Origin: Cyanophora paradoxa CCMP329
Taxonomy: Eukaryota; Plantae; Glaucophyta
NCBI GenBank assembly: GCA_004431415.1
Contig: QPMI01000260.1
Span: forward strand, 1 to 64,000
Length of the DNA: 64,000 bases
Direction: 5' to 3'
Positions 11,066-24,590 of this stretch are shown here, in pieces (position 1 is the stretch's first letter; every line of letters begins with the position of its first letter). Below the pieces are notes generated by a model. The model was not told where the DNA came from. It searched no databases and worked only from the letters and a program-made list of their open reading frames with translations. Made by a program: the position numbers and the translations under genes.

Positions 11066-11559
11066 GGCGTTGCGGCGGCGTTCGGCTGCAACAAACGATA
11101 ACGGTTCTTCGCGCGATCTGCTCGGCAGCGACGCAAGCGCACTCGGCTCGTCCGCTTCAATTCACCCGAGTCTCCCGCCTTTGGGGGGTAAGTGAATTCG
11201 GCAGATCTCGATCAAATTGCAATTGCAATCGAAATTGTGAATTGCGCGCGCAACCGTATACGTGCTGGCGTAATTTGATCTCGGGCGAAGTTAAAAATGT
11301 GCGGTTGTTGAAGCGGTGGCACCGCCGGGCCGCAGCGCGGCGCACGCGTACGCGTTTTCAGAAGTAAAAAACCACGAAAAAACGGCCACGAGACCCACCG
11401 TTTTGGTTTTTTTATTGGGGGAACGAGTTCCAAAAACGTACTTGTGACGCGGCCTGGCGTCACCACAAAATTCAAACGGTGGCGTCGCGTTTTTGAACTG
11501 CGAGCACACTCCAGACTTCGAGCCCAAAGCGCCGCACACCCAACATCGTAATAGCAGCA

Positions 11560-12234
11560 ATGGCGGACAAGGCGACCGAGAAGCCTAAGGCGGCGAAGGG
11601 TGGCCGTGGCAAGGAGAAGAAGGGCAAGGCGGTCAGCCGCTCTTCTAAGGCCGGCCTCCAGTTCCCCGGTGCGTGGGCATCCCCTCAAAGCAGCGTTTTT
11701 CGCCAACGCGCTGAGCCTTGGGTGCGCAGTTGGTCGCCTCGCGTCGCTCCTCAAGAAGGGCCGCTACGCGTCCCGTATCGGCGCCGGCGCGCCGGTGTAC
11801 CTTGCCGCCGTGCTCGAGTACATGTGCGCGGAGATCCTCGAGCTCGCCGGGAACGCTGGTGCGCCCCGCGCCCTGGTCGATCTAAGAGAGCACGAAGCCG
11901 CGCCTGATGCGACTGCTCAGCCCGCGACAACAAGAAGACGCGCATTATCCCCCGCCACATTCAGCTGGCCATCCGCAACGACGAGGAGCTCAATAAGCTT
12001 CTCTCGAACGTCACCATCGCCAGCGGTGGTGTTCTTCCGTGCGTACGGCAGACCCATCAATCCTGGCCACTCGCCCTAATTCTTGCACAGGAACATTCAC
12101 GCCGTCCTCCTCCCGAAGAAGACCGGCGAGGGCAAGGGCAAGAAGGGCGAGTCCGGCAGTACCTCCCAGGGTGTGTGTTTCCAGGAACTACAGTGATGCG
12201 CTGATCATTCTCTGACACGCTTACAGAGTTCTAA
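11560..12234 (+). CDS. H2AX: Histone H2A.X (4 introns, C-terminal SQEF)
   Basis: Motifs [11 protein letters not shown]|[29 protein letters not shown] and [17 protein letters not shown]. The last intron splits …TSQ E|F stop. Confidence 0.95.
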
Positions 12235-12270
12235 ATGTGCTCTCTGACTGCAGCCCCCTGCAGCCCCCAC

Positions 12271-12286
12271 GGCGCTTTTTAGCGCC
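12271..12286 (+). promoter_or_regulatory. Histone mRNA 3' stem-loop
   Basis: GGCGCT-TTTT-AGCGCC (6-bp stem, 4-nt U loop) 36 nt after the H2A stop; close to the GGYYCTTTTCAGRGCC consensus. Confidence 0.75.
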
Positions 12287-12980
12287 TCTTTGTCCTCCGA
12301 TTCCCGTTGATCGACCAATCTGCATCCTCGCCCTTGCTAGCATTGGTTTCGCAACGAGCAGATTTCATTCCATAGCAACACGCACACACTCTCGATTTTG
12401 AAGTTGCAGAGAATCGGCCGAAATTCGATCCAGCTGGTTCTAGTTTTTTAGCAATAGGACACGAAATTTGGGCTCGTGCCTAGGATTACAATTCACCGCT
12501 GGTGCTGTTTTCTCTTTCAGCTTCGTTTCAAATATACGTACTATTACGTAGGGTGTTTCTTCGTCGACTGTCTCATGATGAAATCTGCTAGTCATGATCA
12601 AAAAGCTAGCAGACGTCGTGTCTCGCCCGGGGATGGTTTGCGAATACATCTGGGAGAATTTGGTACTTTTTCGTCGGGCGCGCGGCGGCGCGGGGGCCCG
12701 GCGAAGCCTGGGCAACTAGCGAATTCGAACTTCGAAGCACGCGCACACAGCCGCGCCGCGAACATCGGAAGGTGTCAGACAGTCTCAGACTCTGTCAGTG
12801 AATGCGGATGAGGTCACATATGCGGCGATATGTCGCGCGGCCGCGGCGCAAGCCGCGCGCGAGCGCTAGCGTTATAGCGTGCGGAAATCAATTAAATCTG
12901 CCGGGGTACCCCACTTCCAGATTCCGGCTCATTATACGGGTCGGTGCGGGAAGCGGCGCGGCGCTACCCGCACGTTCGTG

Positions 12981-15900
12981 ATGGCTCGCCAAGAAACCGC
13001 TTTCTCGTTGCCCGTTCCGGCCGCGGCGGGGACGGAGGCGCCACTGATCGCGACTGTTGCCAGCCAGCCGATCGAGGCGGCGGCCGTAGCTCGACGCCGC
13101 CAGCCTCAGACTGGCTCGGCGCCTGCTCGCTCTCAGGCCGCTCAGCAGCCCCTCGGCGCCCGCGGTTCCAATATCTTCGCGTCGGTCGAACAGTCGTCGC
13201 GGGTTGGCGCGAAGTCGTTCTCGCTGCAGTCCCAGCGGTCAAACGTTCAGGACTATGTCGGTCTGGCCACCGGGAAGAAGCTGCGCCTCGGCAAGAAGAG
13301 CCGCGAGGCCACCGCGGCGCTTCGTCAGGCGCTGTCCAACGTCGGTGTCAGCGTTGCGGCTCTCTCTTCGCCGCAGTGGAACCGGCCTACTTTGGAGTCC
13401 ACTCTTGCGGAGCCAACGGCGGAGGTACGGCGCGCTGCCGGTTGATCCCGTTTCGTTGTGACTAAAGTGTGCGCACGCCAGAACAACATCGCCGATCCGA
13501 GCATTCCTTACATCGAGGAAGAACGTGATGCGTGCGGTGTGGGTTTCGTTGCGGAAACGCAGAACCCCGCGAGCCACCTCCTTATCAAGCGGACGCTGGA
13601 GGCGCTTACTTGCATGGAGCACCGCGGCGGGTGCAGCGCTGATCGTGACTCCGGAGATGGCGCTGGCGTCATGACAGCCATTCCTTGGGAGCTCTTCGAA
13701 GACTGGTTCAAGTCGCAGGGTGCGCAGCCCGCTTGATGCATCTTCTTAGGAGATAATGCCGCGGTCGGGCTTTGTGATGCGGCGTTCAGTGATCTTATGA
13801 TTTTTATCTTCGTTAACTCGCGCAGGCAAGCCCGCGCCGAGCTCGACGGACTCTGGTGTCGGGCAGATCTTCCTGCCTAAGGATCCCGAAGCCCAGAAGA
13901 TCTGCCGCGACATCGTCGAGAAGGTTGCTAAGGAGGAGGGCTTCACTGTTCTTGCGTGGCGCGATGTCCCCGTCGACGAGAGCGTCCTCGGCGTTCAGGC
14001 CAAGGAGAACGTGCCCAAGATGGAGCAGGTGTGCTGCCTCGTGTCCGAGCGGCGCGCTCGTTTACCAACGCGCTCTTCAGGTTTTCCTTTCGAAGAGTGT
14101 GAGCGGTCACGATGAGGACGAACTCGAGCGCCAGCTCTACCTGGTCCGCCGGCGCATCGAGAAGGCCGTGGACGCCACCCGCGCGGAGTGGGCCCTCGAG
14201 TTCTACCCAGTGTCGCTCTCGCACCGGTACGCGCGCTACCCATCTGCCGTTCCGTCAGGGGATATGCGTCGAGCCATGGGCCGCAGCACGATCGTCTACA
14301 AGGGCATGGTCCGGTCGGAGGTTCTCGGAAAGTTTTACAAGGATCTTACCAACGAGCTGTACAAGTCCAGCTGGGCGAGCTATCACCGCCGCTTTTCGAC
14401 AAACACCATGCCCAAGTGGCGCCTCGCTCAGCCCTTCCGTTTCCTTTGTGCGTCCGTCGTGATGTTACACACGCGGTCGCCTTCCTGATGTCCTCTAGGC
14501 CACAACGGTGAGATCAACACCCTCCAGGGTAACATGAACTGGCTGCATGGTCGCGAGCCCGCGATGAAGAGTGAGCTCTGGGGCGAGCGTGTCAAGGACC
14601 TCCTGCCGATTGGCCGCCAGGAGAATTCGGATTCCGGGAACATGGTGCGCTGTTTCTGTCTGCCGTCGCTACGGAAGTCCCCCCCCCCCCTTATAACCAC
14701 TCCAGGACAACGCCCTCGAGATGCTTGTTCGCTCTGGCCGCCCTGCTCCGGAGGCCTGCATGATGATGATCCCGGAGGCCTACCGCAACCACCCAGAGTT
14801 GTCCTCGAAGGCTCCCGAGGTGCAGACCCCACCCGTTTGTCCAAGCATACGTCGGAATGATCAATGACGCAGGTCATTGACTTCTTCGAGTACTACTCCG
14901 GGCTTCAGGAGGCCTGGGATGGCCCTGCGCTAGTTGTCTTCTCTGATGGCAAGACCATGGGGGCGACTCTCGACCGCAACGGGCTGCGCCCTGCTCGCTA
15001 TTGCAAGACCAAGGACGGTCTCGTCTTTGTTGGCTCGGAGGTCGGCGTCGTGTCCATTCCCCAGGGTTCGTCGTTCTTGTTTGTCATTGATAAAGCGGCT
15101 AATGTTCCTCCCTCTTTGACGTCTTGTCGCGCCACAGAGGATATCGTGTTCAAGGGACGCTTGGGCCCCGGGCAGATGCTTGCTGTCGACTTGGTCGAGC
15201 GCAAGGTCCTCGAGAACTTCGACATCAAGAAGCGCATCGCCGCGCAGCGCCCTTACGGCGAGTGGGTCAAGAACCACCGCGAGACTCTTTCGGCGCAGCA
15301 GTATCTTGCCGAGCCCGACTTCAGCGAGACGGAGATTCTGCGCTGGCAGACGTCGCTCGGTTACTCGGCCGAAGACGTCGAAATGGTGCTCGAGCACATG
15401 GCGATGGAGGGCCACGAGCCGACCTTCTGCATGGGCGACGACATTCCTCTCGCCGCCCTCTCAGAGAAGCAGCACGTCATCTACGACTACTTCAAGCAGC
15501 GCTTCGCGCAGGTCACCAACCCGGCCATCGACCCGCTGCGCGAGGGCCTCGTCATGTCCCTCTCTGTCGCCCTCGGCAACAAGGGCAACATTCTCGAGAC
15601 GGAGCCCATTGCCGCGGACCACCTGCTGCAGCTTGACTCGCCCTTCCTCAACGAGAACGAGCTCGCCGCCATCCAGAATCACCCCAAGTTCAAGGTCCGT
15701 AACCACATCTGCTTCCATTTTCTTCGGTGTCTTGGCGCCGACATTCAGTGCCGCAGGTCGGCACCTTCGAAACCCGCTTCGACATCAGCTCCGGCCCGGC
15801 CTCGCTCGAAGCAGCTATCAAGGATCTCACGAGCCGCGTGTGCGATTTCGTCAAGAATGGCGGTGAAATCATTGTCCTCAGCGACCGCCCCGCCAACGGC

Positions 15901-18900
15901 CAGCTCGAGGAGCTCAAGCCCATTATTCCCCCGATGATGGCCTGCGGCGCCGTGCACCACGCCCTCATCAAGGTGATTGCTTTGCCTAAGAGCCCCACTC
16001 TCTTGAAGCTGACGCTCAAGTCCGCAATCAGGCCGGTCTCCGTAACTTCGCATCCATTGTCCTTGAGACCGGGCAGTGCTGGTCGACTCATCACTTCGCA
16101 TGCCTTGTTGGCTATGGCGCGTCGGCCATCTGTCCCTACATGGCCCTGTCTTCCGTCCGCCAGTGGCGCGCCGACCCGAAGACCGAGACCCTCATGAAGC
16201 GTGGCAAGATCAAGGCTTGCACTGCTGAGGAGGCGCAGGCGAATTTCAAGCACGCCATCGAGGCGGGCCTCCTGAAGATCCTCTCCAAGATCGGCATCTC
16301 GCTGCTCTCGTCGTACCTCGGCGCTCAGATTTTCGAGTGCTTCGGCCTCGGCAAGGACGCCATTGACATGTGCTTCACGGGCACGTACTCCCGCATTGGT
16401 GGCCTCAGCCTCGAGGACACTGCCCGTGAGGTACGCACCTTTCGCCAACCGCCGGGATCTCTTGTAACCCTCTGGCCGCAGATTGTCGCTATTCACCAGC
16501 GCGCCTTCCCCTCGCTCACGTCCAGGAAGCTCGAGAACCTGGGCTTCATTCAGTATCGCCCGAACGGTAAGCAACACTTTGTGGTTCGACGTGCAGCTTC
16601 AATAATAGGAACTGCCGCGTAGCCGAGTACCACCACAACAACCCCGATGTGGCGAAGGCCATCCACAAGATGGTCCGCGACTTCAACCAGGACAACGTCC
16701 AGGCCTACCGGGATCTCGTCCGCTCGCGGTCTGGCCGCCTTTCCGTCCGTCCGCGCGCCGGGCGCTGACGTGACTGGGCAGCCCGACGACGACGCTGCGC
16801 GACCTGATGGACATCAAGTCGGACCGTCAGCCGATCCCCATCGATCAGGTCGAGCCTGCTTCTTCGATCATGCGGCGCTTCTGCACCGGCGGCATGTCCC
16901 TCGGTGCCTTGTCCCGTGAGTGCCACGAGGTGTGCCCCCCACCCCCAACATCCTCCTCCCATCCGCTGTTACTCGCATGTCCTTGAACGCGATTGTGCAG
17001 GTCATCGCGATCGGCATGAACCGCATCGGCGGCAAGTCGAACTCGGGTGAGGGCGGCGAGGATCCGGAGCGCTACAAGGTTCTTGACGATGTCGACGGCG
17101 AGGGCAACAGCAGCTCCGTCTCCTATCTCAAGGGACTGCAGAACGGCGATACGGCCAGCTCTGCGATCAAGCAGATCGCCTCGGGCCGCTTCGGCGTGAC
17201 CCCGGAGTACCTGATGTCGGCCAAGTACCTTGAAATCAAGATTGCGCAGGGTGCCAAGCCCGGCGAGGGCGGCCAGCTGCCCGGCAAGAAGATCTCGTCG
17301 TACATCGCCCAGCTCCGGCGCTCGAAGCCCGGCGTCACTCTCATCTCTCCGCCCCCGCACCACGACATCTACTCGATCGAGGACCTTGCACAGCTCATTT
17401 ATGATCTGCATCAGATCAACGAGGCCGCTAAGGTCTCGGTCAAGCTTGTCTCCGAGATCGGCATCGGCACCGTTGCTGCTGGTGTCGCGAAAGCCAACGC
17501 TGACGTCATCCAGGCGAGTGTCGTCGTCCGCCGACGCTTCCCCCCCCCCCCCCCCCCGCCCCCCCTTCCCCCCGCCTGTGATGACAGGCGCGCAGATCTC
17601 GGGCCATGACGGTGGCACTGGTGCCTCGCCAATTTCGTCAATCAAGCACGCCGGCGGCCCCTGGGAGATGGGTCTCTCGGAGGTGCAGCGCGTGCTGCTT
17701 GAGAACGGCCTTCGCGATCGCGTGGTGCTCCGTGTCGATGGCGGATTCAAGACCGGCAATGATGTCCTTGTCGGTGCCCTGATGGGCGGTGACGAGTACG
17801 GCTTCGGCTCGATCGCCATGATCGCCACAGGCTGCATCATGGCACGCGTCTGCCACACAAACAACTGCCCCGTCGGCGTTGCTTCCCAGCGCGAGGACCT
17901 CCGTCAGCGCTTCCCCGGCGTCCCCGGGGACATCGTGAACTTCTTCATGGTCCGCATATGTTTCTTCCAAATGCTGCTTATTTCCTGCCCAAGCGCCCGC
18001 CCAGGCCGTCGCGGAGGAGACTCGCGAGCTGCTTGCCTCGATGGGCTACCGCAGCCTCGACGAAGGTGTGCAAATTTTCGCCACCCCCTGTGCCGCACCT
18101 TGTCCGATGTGCATCTAACCCCGCTTGCAGTCATTGGGCGCGTGGATCTTCTCAAGCCGCGCGACGGGTTGCGTCTGGCCAAGACCGACAGCGTGTCGCT
18201 CGACTATCTGCTGTCGACCCCCGTGCCCGCCGACCGCTCCTGGGTCAAGCAGCCTGAGACGGCCCACTCAAATGGCCCGGTCCTTGACGACGAGATCCTC
18301 GCCGACCAGGAGATCAAGACAGCCATCGAGTCGCATGGCACCGTCAACAAGACCATCAAGGTGCCGCCTCCGACCAGCGGCGCCATCGCGTGGGCTGTAC
18401 CCCCTTGACATGCACCGTAGATTACCAACGTGGACCGCTCGGTTGGTGCACGCGTGTCGGGCCAGATCGCTGTTCGCTATGGCGACCGTGGCTTCAAGGG
18501 CAAGCTTAACCTCAACTTCGTCGGCGCGGCTGGCCAGTCCTTTGGTGCCTTCATCGTTGATGGCATGCGCATGCGCATCGAGGGCGAGTGCAACGATTAC
18601 GTTGGCAAGGGCATGAACGGTGGCGAGATCATCGTTGTCCCGCCTTCAGGCTCGTCCATCAGCCCCTCGGAGTCTGTCATTGTGGGCAACACCTGCCTGT
18701 ACGGCTCGACGGGTGGGCGCATGTTTGCCTACGGCCGCGCAGGAGAGCGTTTCGGAGTCCGCAACTCGCTCGGCACGGCCGTTGTGGAGGGCACTGGTGA
18801 CCACTGCTGCGAGTACATGACTGGCGGCACCATAGTTGTTCTCGGCCCCGTGGGCCGCAACGTTGGCGCTGGCATGACTGGTGGCCTCGCCTATTTCCTC

Positions 18901-19274
18901 GACGAGGATGGCTCTTTCCCTGAGAAGGCGAGTCTTGCCATGTCTGCTTTTCCTCGTCTTTCCTGAGTTTTTTTGTGCAGGTCAACACGGAGATTGTGCG
19001 CCTTCAGCGTGTGCAGACAGACGCTGGCAAGCAGGCCCTGAAGCAACTCATCACTGACCACGTCGCTGCAACTGGCTCCAAGAACGGGCAGCGCATTTTG
19101 GACAACTGGGAAACGATGCTCCCCAAGTTCTGGCAGGCTGTTCCGCCCTCGGAGGCCTACAACCCGCAGGTACTGCACCCATCATTTACCTGTTTCTTTC
19201 ATTGGCTGGTTTTCATTGACTTGCTCCTCTAGGTGTCCGAGGAGCAGCCCGCCAGCGAGGCTGTTGCTGCGTAA
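12981..19274 (+). CDS. gltB: Ferredoxin-dependent glutamate synthase, plastid-targeted, many short introns
   Basis: Motifs ERDACGVGF (N-terminal Cys), [73 protein letters not shown] and CHTNNCPVG. About 165 aa precede the Cys. Confidence 0.97.
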
Positions 19275-20887
19275 CGCTCTTCTTTTTTGCTCAATTGCGC
19301 CTGTTGGCACATGTTCGGTCACGAACATCTGTGCGGCACTGCCCGCACTTGTACCACCCATGGGGCCTGTGGCCTTGCAGCTTTCAACATAGGACAAGTT
19401 CAGCCGTGCGCGGCGTAGAGATAGGTTGTCGCATTTTGTTTCGAATATCAATCTTAATAATCACTCTAGCAACTTCTGTTCTATCGCCTGCATACTTCCA
19501 CACAAAGTTGATCGGACCCAGCTCAACGGCCTTCACTGGTTCGTGCAGCTGGTTATTAATATTGTGGTGCAGTTGCCGCCAGCCCAGTGCTAGCACCAAT
19601 CTAGCGCCCGGGGCAGAGGGCCCTGTGTACCTGTGTAGGGAGGAATGTGCCCCTCAGTCGACGCAGGCTACCACGGTGCAGGTGCTGGGACCCAGTGCGC
19701 ATGCCTGCACGCTTATATAATTATAATTAACGCATCATGGCATGCACATCCACATGTATGTACATGTGTTAACCGTTGAACGTTCCCGTGCACGTGGCCA
19801 TGGATGCGCACGGATCCCGGAGGCGCCGTGACGTGATATCGATGATGTGACTCAGTGACATCGAAGTCCAACCAGGGCCTTCCGGATCCGGATCCGGTCG
19901 ACCCGTACGCGTACGCATCCAGCCTCAAAGACGCGTGCACAGTCCAACCTTCGCCGAGTCGAATTCGAATTCTCGTTCAAACGTTGAACATCGTAATCGA
20001 AATTAAAGGTGTCTATAGCTAGATTTAAATTTAGATATTGATCTAACTAATTATATAAATTAGAGTAAGAGTCGGCCCAACCCTTGCGATCGATCATCGG
20101 ATATTGAGCTCGAATCAAGAAGTCCAGCCCTGGCCACGGCTGCGGTCTACTAATGATTGAATCCCGGCTCGTTCATCCCTGATCATGAAATCGAAGCCGT
20201 ATTCGAACATTAACCGGTGAATTAATGCATATGCGGCAGGTGAAAAAAACTGCGGCAGGTGCAGCAGACGTCGACACAACTTCGGAAAAATTTTAAAACC
20301 TCAGAGCTTACTAACTAGTAAGTTAGAGGAAGACTCTGCAGCTGCAGCTGAGAACTTCATGATCAGCTGCAGATCTAGAAGAGTATATATATGTATATAT
20401 ATAAGACACGCCCAAGCCAGCTGTACAGTTTTGACCAAAGGCGAAGAACCTAGCCTGAAGGCCCAACGCACAATTGACAGTGACCCAGCTAGACAAGGGT
20501 AGCTATATATAGTGACGGCGCGAATGCCTATACAGTTTACTTCCGGATCCAAAGTTCGGAAGCGATCGGCGAAATCCCAGTGCAGGCCGCCGCGGCCCGG
20601 GGTATTCCTGATCCCGTTTGAAGTGTGTAAGAGCTTAGGAGTTGGGAGAAATCGAAGCTTAAGCTAGATAGGATCCGGACGTCTTTGATTGCTTACGATT
20701 TGAGGTTGAACTCGGACGTCTGTGATCATCGGACGTCTTTGATCATCGAATTGCGCTTACGATTCAATGATTTGGGGTTGGACGACTTTTGATTGCGATT
20801 ACGATGAGGCCCGGGGTTGAACGCCGTGACGACGTTTGAGTGCGGTTAAGATTAGGCGTGCCAGTCCCTAAGGGGGGAAGATTCGTC

Positions 20888-21100
20888 GTTTGGCGATATT
20901 ATTGCATGAATTGTTTTGAGACGACCTCCGGGCCCCACTGCCACGAGGCGCGGGGGAGGAGCATTACTCCCCTCAAGCTTAGGGGGTCACGCAGCTCCGC
21001 TGCCCAGCTTGCTGGTGGGCTGGGCCTGCGGCTGCTGAGACCGCAGTGTACATCCCACACTTGAGCCCGGATTTGCATTTTTAGTACGTGTCCAAATGCT
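20888..21100 (+). repeat. Dispersed repeat R1, preceded by GGACGTC/TTACGAT short repeats (20670-20810)
   Basis: High similarity to 9133-9354. Confidence 0.88.
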
Positions 21101-21200
21101 CTGAAATCAAAGTTCAACCAAGTGACTGGTTATGAGTTGGCACGCTTGGCTGCTTCACGGTGGGACTCGCTTCGAATGAGCTGCGAAACATGCAGTGTGA

Positions 21201-24186
21201 TCAGGAACTGGAACTTTGAAAGCGAGTGATCATGAGGTTCCGTTTAAGAGGACGCACCCTCCCACAAGCGAACACGTCCACATCACATTCGCCATCCTCG
21301 TACACGCATTCAGGGCTGGCTTCCTCACCATCGCCAGCAAGAACCCGAACAAGGGGCAGTAACAATGGCCGAGAGACGATTGTCAAGGGAGTGCGAGACT
21401 CTCAACTTCTGGAACAGGACCACACGCGCCAGCAGCAAGGCAGCAGCGCAGGAGGATATGTTCGAACTGCTCATAGAAGTGACGAGCAGGAGGGTCCTCA
21501 GCAAAGCGTGCCCGTTTGTGTGTTACGAGATTAAAAGCAACAGCAGAGCAAGGCCGCTTCAGTGCTGACTTGAGAGCAACCAGAGATGCAGCGCTGGACG
21601 GTACTCGTGGCTGCCGACGAGGAATTGAGATGGTAATCCTTGGGACTGACTTGTGCTGAACAGAGCCCATTGTTTGCTCAGACTGGGAGTTCGTAGGTTT
21701 TGCCACAGCTGTAATATTTGCACCAGACCCTGCACTGTCTGACTGCTTGCGCGTTGGCTTAGAGATTGACAGCTGAATCAAATTCCGTGGAGCCTTCACA
21801 GGAGCAGGAAGTTCTTTGGCAGCGTTGGAGGTGAAGTTGCAGTCTTCGCTGTGTATTTCTGGAGCGGATGATGGCTGCTGACGACGAGAGGGATGCCCCT
21901 CCTTGTTAAGCACACTACCTTTACCTGTCGACACAACATTTTCTTCAGCTTTCGAGTGCGAATTATAAAACTTGAAACAAAAAAAAGCGTTTCTAAGTTA
22001 TAATTCTTGATTACGCATAGGTTCCCATAACCATCGAACCTGAGACATGTGGGAGCCGGCGCCCGGGAGGTGGATGTATATGGTGCTCAGGTTTGGCTCG
22101 ATCACAAGCCTTGGAAGCTTGATCACGAGCAGAAGAACAGCGGCTCGTTTCCGGGTTTTGCGGTTCTTGAGTGGGAACTGGCTGCAGCTGGGATGTAATT
22201 CCATGCTGCGGAATGTGCATCTGAACAGTGGGCTCTGCCTTGGCCACAACGAGAGGTGCATACTGCCGAACTGCAACTTCTGGAGCTGGCGGCACTTGCG
22301 TGCTTGCGTACTGGGTTACTGAAATTGGCTGGGAGTTTGTAGGTTTTGCCGAAGACGTCATAATTGCACCAAGCCCTGCAAAGAAATTAGCACACGATGG
22401 CTCTGCACGGCACGCAAGCGGACCTTTTTGAAGCAGAGATGCGGGGGCAAAATCGTCGGAGAGAAAACGCCGGGCAAAAGAGCCGTTCTCAGCGAGAGAG
22501 CTCGACACATCAAACGCTCTGCACAACCTCGACATCAGGAAATGAAAGTCAGAGGTTATCTGTGAAGGTGCACACGGCTGCCCCATGAGCTTGACATTCT
22601 GAATCTCTTCAACGAAATCTCGGATGATTCCGCTGCTCGCCGTGCGACTCCGAGAGAGAACCTCTTGCACACCTGTGATCTAAATGAGATTTCCGCACTT
22701 CTACAAAATAGCTTATCTTGGGTCCATACCATCAAAAGCCACCAGGCAGCACATCGGGTACCTGCCTCATCGACATGCGATCATGTTTAGAACCTCATTG
22801 AGAAGGCTCACAACACTGAGTGCACACGTCATCCTCGCGTTGCCTTGGAAGAAGCGGACAGATGCATATCCACGTAGGTCCCCAGGCAGCTCGAGGCCGT
22901 GCTGTCCTCGCAGTGTTCAATGTGGATCGAAAATCTCAAGGCGTGCAACTTGGCAAAACTGGGCACCACATCTCGCCAAAAGATTCGGAAATCTGTCTCT
23001 GTCTTAAGGAGCTCATGTGCACCCTGAGTTGCCGGCAGTGCCTTTCCTGCAATTTAGTGTAGAATGAGTCACGTGTCCAAGTTCCGGACACAGAATTCGA
23101 ATACACTCACCAACACCCACGACCACACCTCCACGAGCTCGCAACCCAGGCAAAACAAGGCATCGGAAGACATCCAACACATCGATGGCATCAGACTCTG
23201 CAGCAGATTGCAGAAAATTTTCAAAGTCGACAATCTGGCCATGGGACAATTAGAACCAAGAGAGGCAGGTCGACCATTGCTTCCTCAAAAGCACCTCCCC
23301 AGCCTCAAAAGGAGCACGGCCCCGAGGAAAATGCTTCCATATAGCGGGCAGCTGAGTAAATACGGATGAATTCTTAATCGGCAATAGAAATGGATTCATG
23401 TACCACTAACCTCAAAAGGTGCAAAGCGAAAAACACCACAGCGAGCTTCCGCGACGAGAGACATGTCAGAAAGCGAAAAAGCCTGTACCGGCAGCGTGAG
23501 CCATGTCCAAGACAATGATTGGAATCAAAAACGAGAACAGAAATGAACCGGTGAAAGAACTTGAAGGTGTGTCGGCTCGCTCCCAAACAGGTTGCCAGAT
23601 ACAAAATGACCCCCAACATACGACCATCCTTTCACGCCCGCTCGAATTGATTGAACGAGGGCCTGCTGACGATTACGCTGGACCGATAATCAATGAGTTG
23701 ATTTTCGAAGAACGTACATTGCACAGAATCCACGGTGGGACTGCTCCAGAGCAGACTTTCTCCGTCTGCACGTCACACACGTGCACGCCAGACATGCGGC
23801 ACAGCATCAGCAAAAATACGCAGACGCCAGATATAAACGTACCTTCAGCTTTAGATTCCGGGAAACACTGGAGAGAAGAGGTGCCAGCTTTCCTTTCTAT
23901 GCTGGATAGGTCATGACAGCGTAAAGAACCACAATTCGTACACAGGTGCGCGGACCTCGCACACAGCAATTACGGATTCGTCACACTCGCATGCAGCGAG
24001 AACTGCCCCCAGGTTGCGCAGCTGGTTTGCGATGCGAGGAGGTGGCACTGGGCGCGCATCTGGCGCCGCGGACTGCACGAAAACGCGGAAGGCCGCTAGT
24101 CGCTCCGGATGCGCGAGTGCCGGTAGCCGAACGTGTGCCTGGATGACGACAGGGAGGCCGAAGCTTTGTGGTCGGAGCGCCTCCAT
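21201..24186 (-). CDS. Hypothetical multi-exon protein with an internal AKPTNSQ repeat
   Basis: Chain of minus-strand ORFs separated by GT-AG gaps; duplicated segment at about 21686 and 22330. No family recognised; boundaries uncertain. Confidence 0.4.
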
Positions 24187-24423
24187 TCCGAGCTCCGCGC
24201 TTGCACCTAGCTAGGCCTCCGGCCGCGGCCGCACGCAAACGGGGCGCAAAATTCGAAGGTGTTCGAATTCGGCTGCCGGCCGCGCGGGCTGTAGCGCTGC
24301 CTGGCCGGGCAGCGCGAATTGTTGAAAGCTACGTATATACGTACGTAACGTATACGGATGTTCGAGAGGAGAAAATTGATTTCTATAGCTATATAGCTAG
24401 GCCTAGCTAGCTAGCGCTATAGG

Positions 24424-24590
24424 ATCGAAGTATATATATATACACGTATACGTACGAGAGGAGAAATTAAAATTGAGAAGAAAAGAGAAGCATGATCGAA
24501 TTGATCTATCGAAGTATATATATATATATATACACACGTACGAGAGGAGAAAATTGAGAAGAAAAGAGAAGCATGATCGAATTGATCTAT
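24424..24590. repeat. Tandem duplication of about 85 bp with TA microsatellite
   Basis: ATCGAAG(TA)n…GAGAAGAAAAGAGAAGCATGATCGAATTGATCTAT occurs twice. Confidence 0.85.
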
